Positions 60,800 to 64,000 of a DNA stretch of 64,000 nucleotides are shown here, piece by piece. The stretch comes from Selaginella moellendorffii. Lineage: Eukaryota; Plantae; Lycopodiophyta. Position 1 is the stretch's first letter; each line of letters begins with the position of its first letter. Below the pieces are notes generated by a model, which saw only the letters and a list, made by a program, of their open reading frames with translations, had not been told where the DNA came from and ran no database searches. Both the position numbers and the translations under genes were made by a program. Location of the stretch: positions 38,575-102,574 of the forward strand of contig NW_003314354.1 in NCBI RefSeq assembly GCF_000143415.4. Reading direction: 5' to 3'.

Positions 60800-62430
60800 A
60801 CCTTTGTCCGGTTGCCATGTTTTGTCACAGATGAATGCTATGTCCCCCTCTGCAGCTGCGGTAGTAGTTCGTGTTCGCGATGGTGGGCATCAATTCTGTT
60901 ATAGCAGCTGAGCTCCATCTCAGAAATAGGCAGAGTTGATTTGGCCTCGGAGGCAAATGGTGGAGATCAGCCACCCACAGAACCGGAGAGTGTTGGAGCT
61001 TGGTTTTTGATGATTGGCCACTGAACGGGACGCAGAGACTTATAGTGGAGCTAGGCTGACAACTGAGACCGTGAGAGGAGACTCTACCCAACTTGCTTCG
61101 AGCAAGCTGGGGACATTGAGCATTTGATCAACGATTGTGCTCCATATGTCTCTTGTGGTGGTTTGTAAGGAGAACCATTGCTACAAGGCTTGCCACATTC
61201 AGAACTCTAGTCAGTTTATCAATTCAGTGTACAGTGTTTCAAGATTGCGTCCAAGCTTCTCTATCCATGTCTTGAGCTTGCTTCACCACCCTTTCCCTAG
61301 AGTCTCAGCCATCTATGCTAGGATCTCTAGAGGGAGAAGGCTGGTTTCGAGGATTAGAATTGGGTAAGTTGTCCTGTACATGCTGAATTCTGCTGCCAAG
61401 AAGCGTTTGTTGATCTAGTTTGTCCCACATTGACTGGGCCCTAACATTTGGCATTGTACAATGCAGTCGCTATGACTTTTGTCATGTAGTATGTCCGCTT
61501 TACCCCCCATCTGTGGACTTTTCCCTGGTGACAGTAAGATTGGTGCTCATGATGCTATCATGATTCTCTCCTCTCGGAAACTTGTGGTCTACTGTGTAGC
61601 CAAGGTATTTTTATGTAGTTGCCTTTGTATATGAGCACACTTGGTATCTGGCCCAAATACCATCACCTATGAGCCCTATTTCATTGCAGAATGCAACTAA
61701 AGTGTCAAACTAGCTGGTGGTCTTTGGGCTTTTGGATGGTGGCCAGTAGTAGAACTGAATAAGCCAAAATAGTGTGGGAGAGAGGGGGCATCCTTGTCTA
61801 ACTCTAGTGTCACAGTTTTCACGTGCTTGTTTGAGGACATCCGCTTGCACGTTCTTGTATAACAATTGGATCATCTTTATCAGCTTAGGTGGAATATTGA
61901 ACTAGTAGAGATGCTGAAAGAGTTTAGCTTGTGACATTGAATGCCTTGGCAATGTCCACATAGCCCATGTAAACACAGTTAAATTGTTTTGAAGTGTCAC
62001 TTGGAGGGTGACCATGCAGGGCGTGAATCCCACCTGTCCCCTGGCTCTACAGCCATTCGTCCTTGTCCATGTCACTAGGTGGTCAGCCACCTTTGCAAGG
62101 AGCTTGGTGAAGATTGTTGATATCATAGGTGTGATGGTTCGACAGGAGTGTTGGGTCTCCTGCATAGTAGATCAAGACAACTCTGTTAATGTTCCATATG
62201 GACGCTCCATTGTCTCATTGAAGAGTTGACACAAGATGGGGACCAACCAGTCGGCATCCAACGTTTGTAAAAACAGGGCTGTGAATCTGCATATGTCAGC
62301 CACTTTCCAAACTCCTTCACCTAAGCTATGGTGATACCTAGCATCTCTGTCCACTAGAACTGTTCTGGCAATGTGCTCCCAAGCTTGTATATCTGTCATA
62401 TATGCTGGATCTAAAGCTCTGCATTCTCAA
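60800..62430 (-). mobile_element. LINE (non-LTR) reverse transcriptase remnant
   Basis: The minus strand gives RARGQVGF (~62030) and RVRQGCPLSPTLF (~61770-61808); frameshifted. Boundaries are approximate. Confidence 0.75.
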
Positions 62431-63537
62431 TGACTACTGGCAGTAAAATGAAGTGCCAATTACAGTAAATTGATAATACTTTCTTTCTTCTGTAAATAAT
62501 ACTAAATTTTTATTATTTTGCAGATTAATAATGCAATATTGTGTATATAATATTATTTTACCATTTAATAAAACATTTCAAAATAATCTTTTTGATATGT
62601 CCACATAATATTGAGTTTAAAAATTGAACTTTATGCAAAAAATAATCAGAAAAACCTGCATTAAAAATTATTTGAGCAATTTGACATTTTAGTAATATTA
62701 ACAGAATGAATTACTAATGCATAATAAATTAAATACTTATTAGATATTATTTTACATTCATAGACTGGGCTTTAAGTAAATCCTTTAAGTTTTTTATTAA
62801 TACTTCTTTTATTGACCATTTTAGACCTCTAAATATATAATTATCTTTTGTATTTCAATTTGAACAATATCCAATAGTAAAATGTTATATTCTTATTACA
62901 ATATCCACCATCAATATCTATTAGAATTTGAGTTAGATACTATATAGTTTTCATATTCATTGATAATGGTGTTAATATCATTTTCAGTAAGTATATTATT
63001 TCTCCCTCATATTAAATTTATTATTCCAAAAATAAATTTTATTTAAGAAATAAAAATATTATTTAAATATGATCCATTTAATATTTACACATATAAAGGA
63101 AAAATAATAGTGATTAAATAAATATTATATTGTGAGGTCCAAGTGTACGGCTACAATGCTATATCCTAATATTAGCATAGTGTGATTTTGGTAGTCATCA
63201 GATTGGTTTTAATTTGGACTAGTCATTCCTATATATAAACTAAAGTTTTTGGGTTAATTAATATGCACATTTTTTGTATTCCCTTTCCATATTTCATACA
63301 TTCATATTAGTGGAATTAAGGGGTAATTTTGATTGTCCCTAAGGAGTGTTTGGATTTGGGATTTTGGTTTAAATCTTGCTTTTACATCGTTTAGATTTAG
63401 TTTTTTCTATTTCCTATTTTTTGTTCTTTCCTTTCGGGATTTTAGATTAAATTTAACTTTGTATTGTCTAAATCTCCTTTTCCTTCTAACTTTTTTTTTT
63501 TAATTTTCTTTTGCTCTTTCCTTTTTATTCATCTTTA

Positions 63538-64000
63538 TGGCAGAGCAATAGTCTCCTCCTCCTTTGATTCTATAGTAGCAGTTAGTGCAATTGCTTGATG
63601 CTATGTGATTGCAGTTGAACAATCAAACTCAGTTGATGGCGGGATTCACAATATATGGTATAACTCCTCCTACTCTTGATGTTAATCCTCGTGTTCAGCC
63701 AAAGTTTTTTTGTGGGAATCTTAGGGATGATGTGTACTATTGGTTTAATCACTTCACAATGATTGCCACATATTATTCTTGGGATGATGCTCGATGTTTA
63801 CATGAGTTTTCCACGTGTCTCCAAGGGATAGTGCTGCAGTGGTATAATAGTTTAAGTGCAGCCACTTATGGGGATTGAAGTATTCTCTCAGATGTTTTCA
63901 AATATGCATTCAGATATGTTAACGATTGTGATGATGCCTTCCAACAATTGTATCATTTTTGTCAAGGACCATCTACATCGGTGATGCAATTTAGCATTCA
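63538..64000 (+). pseudogene. Retrotransposon gag fragment running off the window
   Basis: PKFFCG...DVYYWF...W......CLQGIVLQWY is typical of Retrotrans_gag; contains stops. Confidence 0.65.

Overview
Repeat-rich eukaryotic DNA from a land plant. The 38-66 bp introns and the TE types suggest a lycophyte such as Selaginella (inference). Most of the window is nested, decayed LTR retrotransposons, plus one intact 3-exon MFS transporter gene (60676-59205), a Crinkler-like nuclease-fold ORF and a LINE remnant. The centrepiece is two copies of a ~12.6-kb DNA transposon (18577-46584), both inserted into one Gypsy element and then scrambled by two inversions. The transposon has 25-bp TIRs (TAAGCTCTATTTCGTTAAAGTGGGA) and apparent 2-bp TSDs. 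It carries two divergent genes: (i) a ~1020-aa DUF7869/Sola1-like DDD transposase, and (ii) an 11-exon, ~1650-aa gene that joins a ParB/Srx-like domain, a degenerate amino-methyltransferase-like fold, an acidic linker and an FCP1/NIF-type HAD phosphatase domain. About 20 copies of a 22-bp palindrome (ATGGCRTG-nGGCCn-CAYGCCAT) are spread through the element's introns, promoter, UTRs and even coding exons. Together these suggest a self-recognition system, like ParB/parS or an anti-silencing protein with its own binding sites (hypothesis). Domain assignments are by eye from motifs and need profile searches.
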